64,000 nucleotides of DNA from Acidobacteriota bacterium (GCA_022573225.1 JACZUI010000003.1:11798-75797); one strand, 5' to 3'; positions 35,681 to 47,421 are shown, counted from the first letter of the stretch. Translations and numbers: made by a program. Notes: a model not told the origin generated them from the letters alone.

Positions 35681-36163
35681 ATGTTCGTCTTGGGAATCGA
35701 CCCCGGTTTGTCCGTCACGGGGTATGGCCTCGTCGAAGGAACACAGCCTCCGACGGCGCTCAATGCCGGCGTGATTCGGACCGACAAGGATGCGCCGACC
35801 TCGGAGCGACTCGAGGAGCTCCATCGCGGTCTATCCGATGTCTTTGCAGAATCCACCCCCGACGCGGTGGCGCTCGAAACCGTGTTCACCAACAGGAACC
35901 TTCAAACAGCGATCTCGGTGGGCCGTGCCTCGGGCGTGGCACTGCTGGTTTCGGCTCAATTTGGTGTGCCTGTATTCGAATACGTTCCGACATCGGTCAA
36001 GGCAGCCGTGACGGGCGATGGCTCCGCTGGAAAGCCTCAGGTCCAAACGATGGTCTCCCGTCTTCTCCGGCTGGCCGAGCTTCCGAAGCCGCCCGACGTT
36101 GCCGACGCCCTGGCCCTCGCCCTGTGTCATCTGCGGGCAGCGCCTCTGGAGGCGCGGCGATGA
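35681..36163 (+). CDS. ruvC: Crossover junction endodeoxyribonuclease RuvC
   Basis: MFVLGIDPGLSVTGYGL with the catalytic D/E residues. An alternative ATG at 35654 is possible; the ORF-track start at 35240 is an artefact. Confidence 0.85.
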   Translation: MFVLGIDPGLSVTGYGLVEGTQPPTALNAGVIRTDKDAPTSERLEELHRGLSDVFAESTPDAVALETVFTNRNLQTAISVGRASGVALLVSAQFGVPVFEYVPTSVKAAVTGDGSAGKPQVQTMVSRLLRLAELPKPPDVADALALALCHLRAAPLEARR

Positions 36164-36729
36164 TCGGCCGGCTCCGCGGGGTACTCGTCTCCCGGCGTGG
36201 CGATGCGGCCACCTTGGACGTCGGAGGGGTCGGTTACGAGATCACCATGACGCCACGGACCCTGGCCGCCTTGCCCGGTCTCGGGGAAGAGGTCGTGGTC
36301 CACACCCACACTCATGTCCGTGACGACGACATGAGGCTCTTTGGATTCGAGACCGAGGGGGACCGCGATCTATTCAGAATTCTTCTTGGTGCATCAGGAG
36401 TGGGGCCAAAGGTCGCCCTGGCAATGCTGGCCACGCTGGATCACGATCAGATTGTGTTGGCCATCGTCTCAGAGGATGCGGAGGCATTGACCGCAACACC
36501 GGGAGTCGGGAAACGGGGCGCTCAGAAGATCGTGCTCGAACTTGCGCCGAAGCTGGCCGGTCGGGAGGCGAAGATCGTAGGTTCTGACAACGCTCTCACG
36601 GTGCGACAAGCCCTTGACGGGTTGGGCTATTCGACGGAGGAGATCAACCAGGTCGTCGCCGAGGTCGACCCGGCCGAGAGCCTGGAGAATCAGATCAAAA
36701 TGGCGCTTCAGGCCCTGGGTAGACGCTGA
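36160..36729 (+). CDS. ruvA: Holliday junction branch-migration complex subunit RuvA
   Basis: MIGRLRGVL...GVGYEI... plus HhH motifs ([22 protein letters not shown]). ATGA overlap with ruvC. Confidence 0.9.
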   Translation: MIGRLRGVLVSRRGDAATLDVGGVGYEITMTPRTLAALPGLGEEVVVHTHTHVRDDDMRLFGFETEGDRDLFRILLGASGVGPKVALAMLATLDHDQIVLAIVSEDAEALTATPGVGKRGAQKIVLELAPKLAGREAKIVGSDNALTVRQALDGLGYSTEEINQVVAEVDPAESLENQIKMALQALGRR

Positions 36730-36730
36730 C

Positions 36731-37744
36731 ATGCGCGAAGACAGTCTGCTCAACCCCACAATCGAGTCGGAAGAGGAAATCTCCCTCCGTCCGAAACGAC
36801 TGGACGAGTTCGTCGGACAGGACCGAGTGAGAGAACGTCTGCGGATATCGGTGGAAGCCGCCGAGAAGGAGGGTCGTGCCCTCGATCATGTCTTGATCTC
36901 CGGCCCGCCAGGGTTGGGCAAGACCACGCTCGCAGGAGTAATCGCCCATGAGATGGGTGTCCCGCTGAGGATCACATCGGGGCCGGCACTGGAGAGGCCG
37001 GGCGATCTGGCCGCGATTCTCTCCAACCTCCAGACAGGCGACGTGTTCTTCATCGATGAGATACATCGTTTGCCCCGCGTTGTGGAGGAGGTTCTCTATC
37101 CCGCAATGGAGGACTTTCAGCTCGACATCGTTCTGGGCAAGGGGCCGACTGCGCAGTCCATTCGCCTCGACCTGCCCAGGTTCACCCTGGTAGGGGCCAC
37201 AACCCGCAAAGGCAAGGTCACGGCGCCACTCCGGGACCGTTTCGGAATTGAGGAGAAGCTCGACTATTACGAGCCATCCGAGTTGGCGACGATCATCAGG
37301 CGTTCGGCCGGAATCATCGGAGTTGTCACCGACGATGCGGCGGCCGAGTTGATCGCAAGACGGAGTCGGTCGACACCGAGAATCGCCAATCGACTTCTGG
37401 CGCGGGTGCGAGACTTCGCTGTGGCAAGGGCATCTGGGTTTATCGATGAAGACGTCGCCAGCCGGGCCCTGGAGATTTTCGAAGTGGATGAACTCGGTCT
37501 GGACAAGGTCGACCGGGCGATTCTCGAGGCCGTCACATCGAGATTCGAGGGAGGCCCGGTTGGTTTGTCCACTCTTGCAATCGCGGTGGGTGAGGAGCCA
37601 GAAACCGTGGAAGACGCCTACGAGCCCTTCCTGCTTCAGTCGGGTTTGCTCAAACGGACTCCGCGCGGTCGGATGGCCACCGCGCGGGCATACGCTCATC
37701 TCGGCATGGCGCCCCCCTCGGACACCCAGCAAAGCCTTCTTTAG
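36731..37744 (+). CDS. ruvB: Holliday junction DNA helicase RuvB
   Basis: Walker [10 protein letters not shown], Walker B FIDEIH, and the RuvB C-terminal winged helix. Confidence 0.9.
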   Translation: MREDSLLNPTIESEEEISLRPKRLDEFVGQDRVRERLRISVEAAEKEGRALDHVLISGPPGLGKTTLAGVIAHEMGVPLRITSGPALERPGDLAAILSNLQTGDVFFIDEIHRLPRVVEEVLYPAMEDFQLDIVLGKGPTAQSIRLDLPRFTLVGATTRKGKVTAPLRDRFGIEEKLDYYEPSELATIIRRSAGIIGVVTDDAAAELIARRSRSTPRIANRLLARVRDFAVARASGFIDEDVASRALEIFEVDELGLDKVDRAILEAVTSRFEGGPVGLSTLAIAVGEEPETVEDAYEPFLLQSGLLKRTPRGRMATARAYAHLGMAPPSDTQQSLL

Positions 37745-37773
37745 GAATCTGCAGAGCCGTAGGTCTTCGGGAT

Positions 37774-37801
37774 GAGTGAGATGCTTCGTTCAACGAGCTT
37801 C
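37774..37801. repeat. Degenerate copy of the 30-bp element (GAGTGAGATGCTTCGTTCAACGAGCTTC)
   Basis: It aligns with copy B in shared blocks: atgagtga-N-atgc-NNN-gttca-N-cg-N-gct. Confidence 0.45.
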
Positions 37802-37937
37802 TGGGAGTCTGCTGATTAGTGCCGTTGGTCAGATCGGCGGCCAGGCGCGTCACTCGCAAGGACGAGGTTTCGCCACTCCTTGTACCGGAATGGCGGGGGC
37901 GAGGACACCGCGAGTGGCGATGATCTGGTCGTCGAGA

Positions 37938-37967
37938 TGAGTGACATGCATTGTTCAGCGGGCTCCT
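37938..37967. repeat. 30-bp repeat element copy B (GAGTGACATGCATTGTTCAGCGGGCTCCTA) in the ruvB-queA intergenic region
   Basis: 29/30 identical to copy A. A degenerate copy (about 21/28) lies ~160 bp upstream at 37774-37801. Confidence 0.7.
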
Positions 37968-37983
37968 AGCCTTTCGCGCCCCT

Positions 37984-38997
37984 ATGAGAGTCGACGAGTT
38001 CAGATACGATCTACCCGATTCCGCGGTTGCCCAGCAGCCCGCCGAGCCCAGACATGCGGCGCGTCTGCTGGACACCCGCTCCATGAGCGATCACACCTTC
38101 GGGGACCTTCCCAATCTCTTGCGCGAGGGAGATCTGGTGGTGATCAACAACACGAGAGTCCGCAAGGCGCGGCTGCGTGGCAGGAAGGCCGAAACGGGTG
38201 CCCGCGTCGAGCTGCTGATCCTCGACCGCACCGCCAACGGTTCGTGGAAGGCGATGATCCGTCCATCTAGGCGGATACGGCCCGGGACGGTCGTCGAGTT
38301 CGACGGATTCGGGGCAACCATCGTCGATGGTCCCGACGATGGCATCGTCACGGTGGTGTTGGATGCATCCGATGCGGAGGAAGCGTTCGAGGAAGTTGGC
38401 GAGGTCCCACTTCCGCCGTACTTCACCGGGCACTTGCCCGATCCAGGCCGTTATCAGACGATGTTCGCCAGGGCGGTCGGGTCGGCCGCGGCGCCAACCG
38501 CAGGGCTTCATTTCACCCCGGAGGTAGTGGCGGGACTCGGCCGGCGGAAAATCGAGATCGCAGAAGTCGAGTTGCATGTCGGCATGGACACATTCAGGCC
38601 AATGAGCACCGACACAATCGAGGAGCATGTGATGCATTCGGAATGGTGCTCGGTTCCGAAGGCGACAGCAGACGCGGTGGCCCGAACACGTCGCGTCGGA
38701 GCTCGTGTGGTAGCTGTCGGCACGACGACGGCGCGGACCTTGGAGACATTCGCCGGGTCTGGGGGCAATGTTCGTGATGGCCAGACAGACACCAACCTGT
38801 TTCTCTCACCCGGGTCAGACTTTCAGGTGGTCGATCTGATGGTGACCAATTTCCATGTACCCGGTTCGACTCTTGTCGTAATGATTGCGGCATTCATGGG
38901 TGACCTGTGGCGGGTTGCCTACCAGGAGGCCATGGAGCGGAGCTACCGATTCCTTTCGTTCGGCGATGCAATGCTTTGCGAGAGAGAAGAGGGGTAG
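37984..38997 (+). CDS. queA: S-adenosylmethionine:tRNA ribosyltransferase-isomerase
   Basis: MRVDEFRYDLPDSAVAQQP... is the canonical QueA N-terminus. The ORF track begins at TTG ~37951, inside the repeat element. Confidence 0.9.
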   Translation: MRVDEFRYDLPDSAVAQQPAEPRHAARLLDTRSMSDHTFGDLPNLLREGDLVVINNTRVRKARLRGRKAETGARVELLILDRTANGSWKAMIRPSRRIRPGTVVEFDGFGATIVDGPDDGIVTVVLDASDAEEAFEEVGEVPLPPYFTGHLPDPGRYQTMFARAVGSAAAPTAGLHFTPEVVAGLGRRKIEIAEVELHVGMDTFRPMSTDTIEEHVMHSEWCSVPKATADAVARTRRVGARVVAVGTTTARTLETFAGSGGNVRDGQTDTNLFLSPGSDFQVVDLMVTNFHVPGSTLVVMIAAFMGDLWRVAYQEAMERSYRFLSFGDAMLCEREEG

Positions 38998-40113
<1,116 letters not shown>

Positions 40114-40167
40114 CCACATCCGAATGCCTAACCTCCCTCTGTCTCACCCACCCCTCGGAGGATCTCC

Positions 40168-40467
40168 GTGCATTACGTTGTCTTAGCTCAGGAATCAAGC
40201 GGAAGTCCCGTGACGTCGATCGTCTTTCTCGGCCTCATGGTCGCCGTGTTCTGGCTGTTCATCATCCGACCCCAACGCCGGCGTTCCAAGAAGCAGAAGG
40301 AGCTCGCCGGCTCTCTGATGGTGGGCCAGGAAGTCAAGACCATCGGCGGGATACACGGCACAGTGGTCTCACTCGACGAGGACAGCATTGTCCTCAAGGT
40401 CGAGGACGGAAAGATCCGGGTCACGCGTCGCGCCATTGGCTCCGTCGTCGGGGGAGACGACACTTGA
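40168..40467 (+). CDS. yajC: Preprotein translocase subunit YajC
   Basis: Single TM helix followed by the YajC motif (LMVGQEVKTIGGIHGTVVSLDEDSIVLKVEDG); immediately upstream of secD. Confidence 0.75.
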   Translation: MHYVVLAQESSGSPVTSIVFLGLMVAVFWLFIIRPQRRRSKKQKELAGSLMVGQEVKTIGGIHGTVVSLDEDSIVLKVEDGKIRVTRRAIGSVVGGDDT

Positions 40468-40468
40468 C

Positions 40469-41884
40469 ATGACACGCCGGCTTGTCGGCCTGATCATTGT
40501 TCTCGCTATCGCATGGGGGGGATTGGCCGCGGTGATGGCAGCGGGGCTGACCCCTCGTCTTGGCCTCGACCTCCAAGGTGGCACTGCGGTGGTTCTCACT
40601 GCGCCGGAAGGAACCGATCCGGAACTGATCGAAGTCGCCACTGAGATCATGAACCGACGTATCGAGGACATCGGCGACGTCCAGGAGCCCGACATTCAGA
40701 TTTCGGGTGATCGCACGGTGGTCGTGCAGCTGCCAGGTGTCGAGGATGAGCAACGCGCGATCGAGGCGGTGGGCCAGACCGGGCTTCTCTCCTTCCGGCC
40801 CGTTCTGAGCGCGGTGGTTGGCGACATAGGTCCTCTCGCCGGCACCGGGACCGAGAACATCGATGACACCACCGGTTTGAGCATCAATGAAGATATTCAC
40901 GCCGAAGCCTGGCTTCTGTACGAGAACGTCGGGGCCCCGCCCCAAGTTATGAACGTTGGTCCGGCAGCACTGGAAGGTGACGATGTAGCGGACGCCGTAC
41001 CTGTCTTCGATCCCAATTCGGCGGTTTGGGCGGTGAGTCTCAACCTGACCGGCGAAGGAGCCGATGAGTTCGCGCAGCTGACCGCCGAGGCTGCTTCCTT
41101 TCCCATCGGCGATCCAAGGCGTCAGATTGCGATCGTTCTCGACGGAGCAGTCGTCACTTCCCCGGCGGTCAACCCCAGTGTTTCGCCCGAGACGGGTATC
41201 TCGGGCGGAAGGGCACAAATCACAATGGGTCAAGGGGAGGAGGCCCAACAGGAGGCCAACGATCTAGCCGTTGTTCTCCGCTATGGCTCGTTGCCGGTGG
41301 CCTTTGAGATCTCCGCCGTCACGAAGGTGTCGGGAACGCTCGGTGCGGACTCGCTTCAGGCGGGAATCCTGGCGGGCGCAATCGGCCTTGCGTTGGTCAC
41401 AATCATTTTTCTGGTCTTTTATCGCTCGCTCGGATTGGTCGCGATCGTCGGTCTCACTGTGTTTGGCTCAATCCTGATGGCCCTTTTCGGGGCACTCGGT
41501 GAGTGGATCGGCCTCACACTTACTCTTGCCGGCGTGACCGGAATCATCGTCTCGGTCGGCATCACCGCGGACAGCTACATCGTCTACTTCGAGCGGATCA
41601 AGGAGAACATCCGCGGGGGGTACGAGGTCGACGAGGCGGCTAACGAGGGTTTCTCGCCCGCCTTTCGCACCATCCTGACTGCCGACACCGTGAGCCTCAT
41701 CAGCGCCGTGCTTCTCTACACCCTGGCCGTTGGCGCAGTGAAAGGCTTCGCGTTGGCGCTTGGCATGGCCACTGTCCTCGACATCCTGATCGCTCGCTTC
41801 TTCACGAAACGAGCAGTCGGCATCCTGGCTGAGACGCGTCTCGGTAGTGGCGGACGGTTCAGCATCGCGGGGGCCGCCAAGTGA
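40469..41884 (+). CDS. secD: Protein translocase subunit SecD
   Basis: N-terminal TM, a large periplasmic domain, and the C-terminal 6-TM SecD/F core (LGLDLQGG). ATG at 40469, just after the yajC stop. Confidence 0.9.
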   Translation: MTRRLVGLIIVLAIAWGGLAAVMAAGLTPRLGLDLQGGTAVVLTAPEGTDPELIEVATEIMNRRIEDIGDVQEPDIQISGDRTVVVQLPGVEDEQRAIEAVGQTGLLSFRPVLSAVVGDIGPLAGTGTENIDDTTGLSINEDIHAEAWLLYENVGAPPQVMNVGPAALEGDDVADAVPVFDPNSAVWAVSLNLTGEGADEFAQLTAEAASFPIGDPRRQIAIVLDGAVVTSPAVNPSVSPETGISGGRAQITMGQGEEAQQEANDLAVVLRYGSLPVAFEISAVTKVSGTLGADSLQAGILAGAIGLALVTIIFLVFYRSLGLVAIVGLTVFGSILMALFGALGEWIGLTLTLAGVTGIIVSVGITADSYIVYFERIKENIRGGYEVDEAANEGFSPAFRTILTADTVSLISAVLLYTLAVGAVKGFALALGMATVLDILIARFFTKRAVGILAETRLGSGGRFSIAGAAK

Positions 41885-42840
41885 GTACCTGGAGTCGACT
41901 CAAACGTGGTGAAACCGAGATCGATTTTGTCGGCCTTCGCAAACGCTGGCTGATCATCTCGGCGGTGCTGCTGACGATCTCGCTGGCGAGCCTTGGGCTG
42001 CGTCAGCTGAACCTCGGGATCGAGTTCGTCGGCGGACTGGGTATGCAGGCCCCGAATCCTGCCGGCGCCGAAGTCGGCGAGATCCGGGATGCCCTGGCGG
42101 GCGTTGGAGTCGACGATGCGACGATCCAGCTGATAGACGACGGTGCCGCGGTGCGAGTCACTACACCCGACCTGGATATCGAGGTCGAGAACGCGGCCAT
42201 CGAGGCTCTCGCCGAGGTGACCGGAGCCGATCGGAGCGAAATCTCCATCGAGTCGGTTGGTCCATCGTTTGGAGCCCTCGTGTTGAGACGGGCCTTGACC
42301 GCTCTCGGGGTGTTTCTCGGCGTGGTGGTGCTTTTCATCACCTGGCGGCTCGAGTTCAAAATGGCGATGGCCGGCATAGTCGCGCTGGGGCACGACCTGC
42401 TGATCACCGTCGGGGTGTATTCGCTCACCGGCTTCGTGGTGACGCCGGCCACGGTGGTGGCGGTGTTGACCATCCTCGGCTACTCGCTTTATGACACGGT
42501 TGTCGTGTTCGACAAGGTCGAGGAGTTGGTCGAGAGAGAGGATGAGAAGACGTATTCCGAGATCGTGAACCTGGCCATGAACCAGGTACTGGCGCGGTCG
42601 TTGGCAACGTCCCTCACGTCTCTTTTGCCCGTGGGATCGATTCTCTTCGTGGGGTCTTTCGTGCTGGGAGCTCCCTCGTTGCGCGAGTTTGCCCTTGCCC
42701 TGTTCGTGGGGATCGCCGCCGGCACCTACTCGTCGATCTTCGTGGCCGCCCCACTGCTGGCTAGCTGGAAGGAACGCGAGGAGTTCTGGCAGGAGCGAGC
42801 CGATTGGGTGGCGAGACGGGCAAAGGCCGCCAGACGCTGA
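41881..42840 (+). CDS. secF: Protein translocase subunit SecF
   Basis: Resembles the SecF core (GIEFVGG); GTG start overlaps the secD stop. Confidence 0.9.
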   Translation: MSTWSRLKRGETEIDFVGLRKRWLIISAVLLTISLASLGLRQLNLGIEFVGGLGMQAPNPAGAEVGEIRDALAGVGVDDATIQLIDDGAAVRVTTPDLDIEVENAAIEALAEVTGADRSEISIESVGPSFGALVLRRALTALGVFLGVVVLFITWRLEFKMAMAGIVALGHDLLITVGVYSLTGFVVTPATVVAVLTILGYSLYDTVVVFDKVEELVEREDEKTYSEIVNLAMNQVLARSLATSLTSLLPVGSILFVGSFVLGAPSLREFALALFVGIAAGTYSSIFVAAPLLASWKEREEFWQERADWVARRAKAARR

Positions 42841-42861
42841 GCCGACCTTAGACTCTGGCCG

Positions 42862-43380
42862 GTGGACTACGTCACCTCACTGATTCGTGACATCCCCGAC
42901 TTTCCGAAACCGGGCGTCACCTTCAAGGACATAACCCCTGTCCTTGCCGACAGCCAGGCCCTCAAGACCCTGGTCGACGCATTGGCCGAGCCTTACAAAG
43001 ATCAGGGGATCAGTAAGGTTGCCGGCATCGAGGCCCGAGGCTTCACTCTGGCCACCCCTGTCGCAGATCGTCTGGGAGCCGGCTTCATACCGATGCGAAA
43101 GCCCGGAAAGCTCCCCTGGAAGACGGTTCGCGAGGATTACTCCCTCGAGTACGGGGCAGACGCGCTCGAGATCCATACCGACGCGGCTGAGCCCGGCGAG
43201 AGGATCCTGATCGTCGACGATGTGATTGCAACCGGAGGGACTGCCGCAGCCGCGGTCAGGTTGTTGAGGGGAGTGAATGCCGATGTAGTGGGGTTCTCGG
43301 TTTTCATCGAACTGGTCTTCTTGGATGGCGTTTCGAAGCTGAATGGGGTACCGGTCAATGCCCTGGTCAGATACGACTGA
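42862..43380 (+). CDS. apt: Adenine phosphoribosyltransferase
   Basis: PRPP-binding motif ILIVDDVIATGGT; 172 aa. Confidence 0.9.
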   Translation: MDYVTSLIRDIPDFPKPGVTFKDITPVLADSQALKTLVDALAEPYKDQGISKVAGIEARGFTLATPVADRLGAGFIPMRKPGKLPWKTVREDYSLEYGADALEIHTDAAEPGERILIVDDVIATGGTAAAAVRLLRGVNADVVGFSVFIELVFLDGVSKLNGVPVNALVRYD

Positions 43381-45523
43381 CACGGTCGCGCCCGCCACCC
43401 TCGACGGTGTGATCACGGCCTTCGAGGCTCATTATCCTGAGGGCGACACCGACCTGCTGCGACATGCGTACGAGGTGGCGACAGTTGCCCACAGCGGTCA
43501 GGTTCGTAAGACCGGCGACCCTTACATAAGCCATCCCACGACGGTGGCGCTCATGCTGGCCGAATACGGCCTTGATCAACAGACCATTGCTGCCGCGTTT
43601 CTCCACGACACTGTCGAGGACACACCGCTGACCCTGGCGGAGATAGACCACGAATTCGGGTCCGAGATTGCCGGATTGATCGACGGTGTCACCAAGCTCG
43701 ATCGAGTCCGATTCTCGAATCGAGAGCAGGCACAAGCGGCCACGATCCGAAAGATGGTCGTCGCCATGGCTCAGGACGTGCGGGTCTTGATCATCAAGCT
43801 GTTCGACCGCCTCCACAACATCCGCACTGTTCACGCTCTCCGTGACGAGAAGCAAAAACGGGTCGCCAAGGAAACGCTCGATGTGTATGCGCCATTGGCC
43901 CACCGACTCGGTGTGCAGGAGATCAAGCATGAGTTCGAGGACCGCTGTTTCGCGATTCTCTATCCAGGCCCAAATGTCGAGATCAAAGCGAAGCTTGCCG
44001 AGAGGGCGCCGGAGCGCGAGGCATTCATCAAGAAGATGGTCGAGGAAGTGACTGGCATCCTGGCCGATTCCGGTGTCGAGGCCGATGTCACGGGGCGGCC
44101 GAAGCACGAATACTCCATCTACCGGAAGATGTTGGAGGAGAACCGGCCCTTTGAGGACATCCACGACCTCATCGGTATCCGAATCATCGCTCCGACCACC
44201 CGTGATTGTTACGCGGCTCTCGGCTTGGTGCACAGCCACTGGGTCCCGGTGACCGGTCGCTTCAAGGACTACATAGCGATGCCCAAGATCAACCTCTATC
44301 AGTCACTCCACACCACAGTCATTGGCCCCGACGGCAAAGCCATCGAGATCCAGATCCGGACCCAGGAGATGCACCAGCGCGCCGAGTCGGGTATCGCCGC
44401 ACACTGGCGCTACAAGGAAGGTGAGGTCGGGAGTTTTCCCGATATGGATCTGGCCGCGCTGGGCGCAGATGAGGACCCGGAGGAGTTCCTGGCGAACCTG
44501 AAGCTCGACCTCTATCAGAACGAGGTGTTCGTCCTGACTCCGGGAGGCGACGTCAAGTCGCTTCCCGCGAGCGCAACGGCCGTTGACTTTGCTTATTCGG
44601 TCCATACCGAGGTGGGACACCGTTGTGTTGGGGCCCGGGTCAACGGGCGCCTCGTGCCTCTTTCCACCCGGCTGCAATCGGGTGACATCGTGGAGGTGCT
44701 GACGTCTAAGTCTCCCAGCGCTGGGCCCAGTCGCGATTGGCTCAACTTTGTGCGAACCGGCCGGGCCAAGTCGAAGATCAAACAGTGGTTCACCAAGGAG
44801 CGACGCGACCAGGCGCTGTTGGAAGGCAAGGACCAGCTGAATACGTTGTTCAAGAAGGAGGCGTCAGACCTGTCGGCCTCCCATCGGGACGACCATCTCG
44901 AGATGATCGCCAAGGATCTGGGGCAGAACAGTGTTGAAGCCCTCCAGATCGCGGTCGGTGAGGGCCACGTGTCGATCGACTCGGTGGCCACCCGGCTTCA
45001 CAGGATTCTCACTCCGGACACGGGAGACGATCTCTTCGTCCCCAAGCGTCGTCGTCCTCAGGACAGCGCCCACGTAGTCGTGGAAGGCCAGGACGACATG
45101 TTGATTCATCTGGCTCGCTGCTGTTCTCCGGTGCCGGGCGACGCAATTGTCGGCTATGTCACCGTCGGCCGAGGGGTGTCTGTGCACCGATCGGACTGCA
45201 CCAATGTGTCGTCTTTGGCCGAGCGACGGGAGCGGACAGTCGAGGTGTCTTGGCCCGCACAGGATATCGGCGCGTTTGTGGTGTGGATCCAGGTCGAAGC
45301 CCTCGACAGGACCAGGCTGCTGAGAGATGTCACCACCTTCGTCAGTGACACCGGAGGGAACATCACCGCGTCGTCCACCAACGTTGGCGACGATCGCGTT
45401 GCAATTCTCAGATACGAGGTTGAACTCTCCGATCCGAGCCAACTGCCGCGTCTTCTCTCCGACCTGCGCGGAGTAGACGGGGTATTCACTGCTTTTCGCC
45501 TGGCCAACGACCCGGCGTCATGA
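43343..45523 (+). CDS. relA: Bifunctional (p)ppGpp synthetase/hydrolase RelA/SpoT
   Basis: HD hydrolase domain (HD at LHDTVEDT), synthetase domain, and TGS and ACT C-terminal domains; 726 aa. The start may be 43358. Confidence 0.9.
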   Translation: MGYRSMPWSDTTDTVAPATLDGVITAFEAHYPEGDTDLLRHAYEVATVAHSGQVRKTGDPYISHPTTVALMLAEYGLDQQTIAAAFLHDTVEDTPLTLAEIDHEFGSEIAGLIDGVTKLDRVRFSNREQAQAATIRKMVVAMAQDVRVLIIKLFDRLHNIRTVHALRDEKQKRVAKETLDVYAPLAHRLGVQEIKHEFEDRCFAILYPGPNVEIKAKLAERAPEREAFIKKMVEEVTGILADSGVEADVTGRPKHEYSIYRKMLEENRPFEDIHDLIGIRIIAPTTRDCYAALGLVHSHWVPVTGRFKDYIAMPKINLYQSLHTTVIGPDGKAIEIQIRTQEMHQRAESGIAAHWRYKEGEVGSFPDMDLAALGADEDPEEFLANLKLDLYQNEVFVLTPGGDVKSLPASATAVDFAYSVHTEVGHRCVGARVNGRLVPLSTRLQSGDIVEVLTSKSPSAGPSRDWLNFVRTGRAKSKIKQWFTKERRDQALLEGKDQLNTLFKKEASDLSASHRDDHLEMIAKDLGQNSVEALQIAVGEGHVSIDSVATRLHRILTPDTGDDLFVPKRRRPQDSAHVVVEGQDDMLIHLARCCSPVPGDAIVGYVTVGRGVSVHRSDCTNVSSLAERRERTVEVSWPAQDIGAFVVWIQVEALDRTRLLRDVTTFVSDTGGNITASSTNVGDDRVAILRYEVELSDPSQLPRLLSDLRGVDGVFTAFRLANDPAS

Positions 45524-45527
45524 CCTT

Positions 45528-46166
45528 GTGCTGATAATTCCGATACCGGCCTGGGTTGCCGCCACCAACGCGTACGTTGTCGCCAGTGAGGCCGGCGGGC
45601 TAGCCGTGGTGGTCGATGCACCACCCGAACCCGAGCTGATCGGTCGAGTTCTCGCGGAGCGCGATCTCACGGCGGTGGCATTGCTGTTGACCCATGGTCA
45701 TGTCGATCACACCGGGGGAAGCGGGGCACTTTCCGGGACTACGGGTGCGGCCGTGTACGTCCATCCCGACGACGACTTCCTCACCCTCGATCCAATGAAG
45801 CAACTCGAGCTCATGTTCGGTTTGACGCCGCCGGGCTCGTACGAGGTGCCCAAGGAGTTCAAGAGCCTTGACGACGGCCAGGTGTTGGACCTGGCGGATC
45901 TCCAGTTCGGGGTTCGTCACACCCCAGGCCATACGCCGGGCCACTGTTGCTTTTATCTCGAATTCGAGGAGACGCTCTTCTCTGGCGACCAGCTGTTCGC
46001 CGGATCGGTGGGACGTACCGACCTGCCCGGAGGCTCCCATCCGGATCTCATCCGTTCGATGAAGGAGAAGGTGATGGTGCTCCCCGACGAGACCAGGGTT
46101 CTTCCGGGTCATGGACCGGAAACCACCATCGGTCGAGAACGAGCAACCAACCCATTTCTCTCATAG
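45528..46166 (+). CDS. MBL-fold metallo-hydrolase (glyoxalase II-like)
   Basis: THGHVDHTGG is the HxHxDH motif. A hydrolase follows relA in actinobacteria as well. Confidence 0.75.
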   Translation: MLIIPIPAWVAATNAYVVASEAGGLAVVVDAPPEPELIGRVLAERDLTAVALLLTHGHVDHTGGSGALSGTTGAAVYVHPDDDFLTLDPMKQLELMFGLTPPGSYEVPKEFKSLDDGQVLDLADLQFGVRHTPGHTPGHCCFYLEFEETLFSGDQLFAGSVGRTDLPGGSHPDLIRSMKEKVMVLPDETRVLPGHGPETTIGRERATNPFLS

Positions 46167-46191
46167 AACTCCAGTTAACCTCGCCTCCTTC

Positions 46192-47421
46192 ATGAGCTTT
46201 CGACCCCCCAAGGGCACATACGATGTTGTCGCGGGCGCCTCGCAGCCGATCAGCGACCCTCAGATCTGGCGCTCCCTGCTGGGCGAGTGGGAGGTTTGGG
46301 CGGAGCGATTCGGATATCCACTCACCATGACACCCGTCTTTGAGTCAACCGAGCTTTTCGAGAGAGGCGTCGGTGGTTCCTCCGAGGTCGTCACCAAGCA
46401 GATGTACACCTTCGAGGACAAGGGCGGCCGCTCTATCACGCTCCGGCCGGAGGGTACGGCCGGGGTAGTCAGAGCTTTTCTCAATGCCGGAGGCCAGGGC
46501 GCATGGAAGGGGGCGTACTCGGGCCCGATGTTTCGCTATGAACGTCCTCAGAAGGGCCGATACCGCCAGTTCTGGCAGGTCGGTGTGGAGTATCTCGATG
46601 CCGAGGCCCCGGACGCCGACTCCGAGGTCATCGAACTCGGCTACCGGTACCTCACTGCGGTGGGCGTGCCGGGACTGGAGCTTCGTCTCAACAGTCTTGG
46701 CGACTCGGAGTGTCGTCCTGCCTATCTCGTGCAGCTCAGCACCTACCTGAACGACCGCCGCGAGAAGCTATGTGAGGATTCGGTAGACCTGATCGATGTC
46801 AATCCGTTGCGAGTACTGGACTGCAAGGTTTGCGAACCGTACCTCACCGATGCACCCGAGATGACGGACAATCTCTGCGACGCGTGTCGCGACCACTTCC
46901 AGTCGGTGAAAACGTCTCTCGAGGCTCTCAACATCCCTTACGTCCAGGACCCCCGGCTTGTGCGCGGTCTGGACTACTACACCCGCACCGCCTTTGAGTT
47001 CATCGGGACAGAGTTGGACGCTGCCCAAAACGCAGTTGGTGGCGGAGGCCGCTACGACGGCCTTGCCGAGTCGATCGGCGGCCGTCGAACCCCTGGAGTC
47101 GGGCTCGCGCTTGGCGTTGACCGGATAGTCATCGCCCTGGGTTCGGCCGAGGCGGCGTCGATCGATGTCTACATAGTCTCCGAGTCCGGCGCCGGTGATG
47201 CTCTTCTGGCGGCATCCGTGTTGCGACAGGACGGCCTCAGAGTTGACTTCGACACCGAGGGCCGCTCGGTCAAGGCCCAGTTTCGGGCCGCCACCCGCTC
47301 TGGTGCCGGCACGACGCTGGTGATGGGTGGACTCGACAAGCCGGTCGATGTGCGCACCGGCGGGAGCCGGTTGACGATGCCCCTGGAGGAGGTCTCAGAT
47401 TGGATGAACGCGACGCTGTGA
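46192..47421 (+). CDS. hisS: Histidine--tRNA ligase
   Basis: Class II motifs (FRYERPQKGRYRQFWQ, GGGRYD). ATG at 46192; the ORF-track N-terminal extension overlaps the MBL gene. Confidence 0.9.
   Translation: MSFRPPKGTYDVVAGASQPISDPQIWRSLLGEWEVWAERFGYPLTMTPVFESTELFERGVGGSSEVVTKQMYTFEDKGGRSITLRPEGTAGVVRAFLNAGGQGAWKGAYSGPMFRYERPQKGRYRQFWQVGVEYLDAEAPDADSEVIELGYRYLTAVGVPGLELRLNSLGDSECRPAYLVQLSTYLNDRREKLCEDSVDLIDVNPLRVLDCKVCEPYLTDAPEMTDNLCDACRDHFQSVKTSLEALNIPYVQDPRLVRGLDYYTRTAFEFIGTELDAAQNAVGGGGRYDGLAESIGGRRTPGVGLALGVDRIVIALGSAEAASIDVYIVSESGAGDALLAASVLRQDGLRVDFDTEGRSVKAQFRAATRSGAGTTLVMGGLDKPVDVRTGGSRLTMPLEEVSDWMNATL

Noticed and set aside
40421-41248. 275-aa minus-strand ORF
   Set aside because: Antisense of secD.
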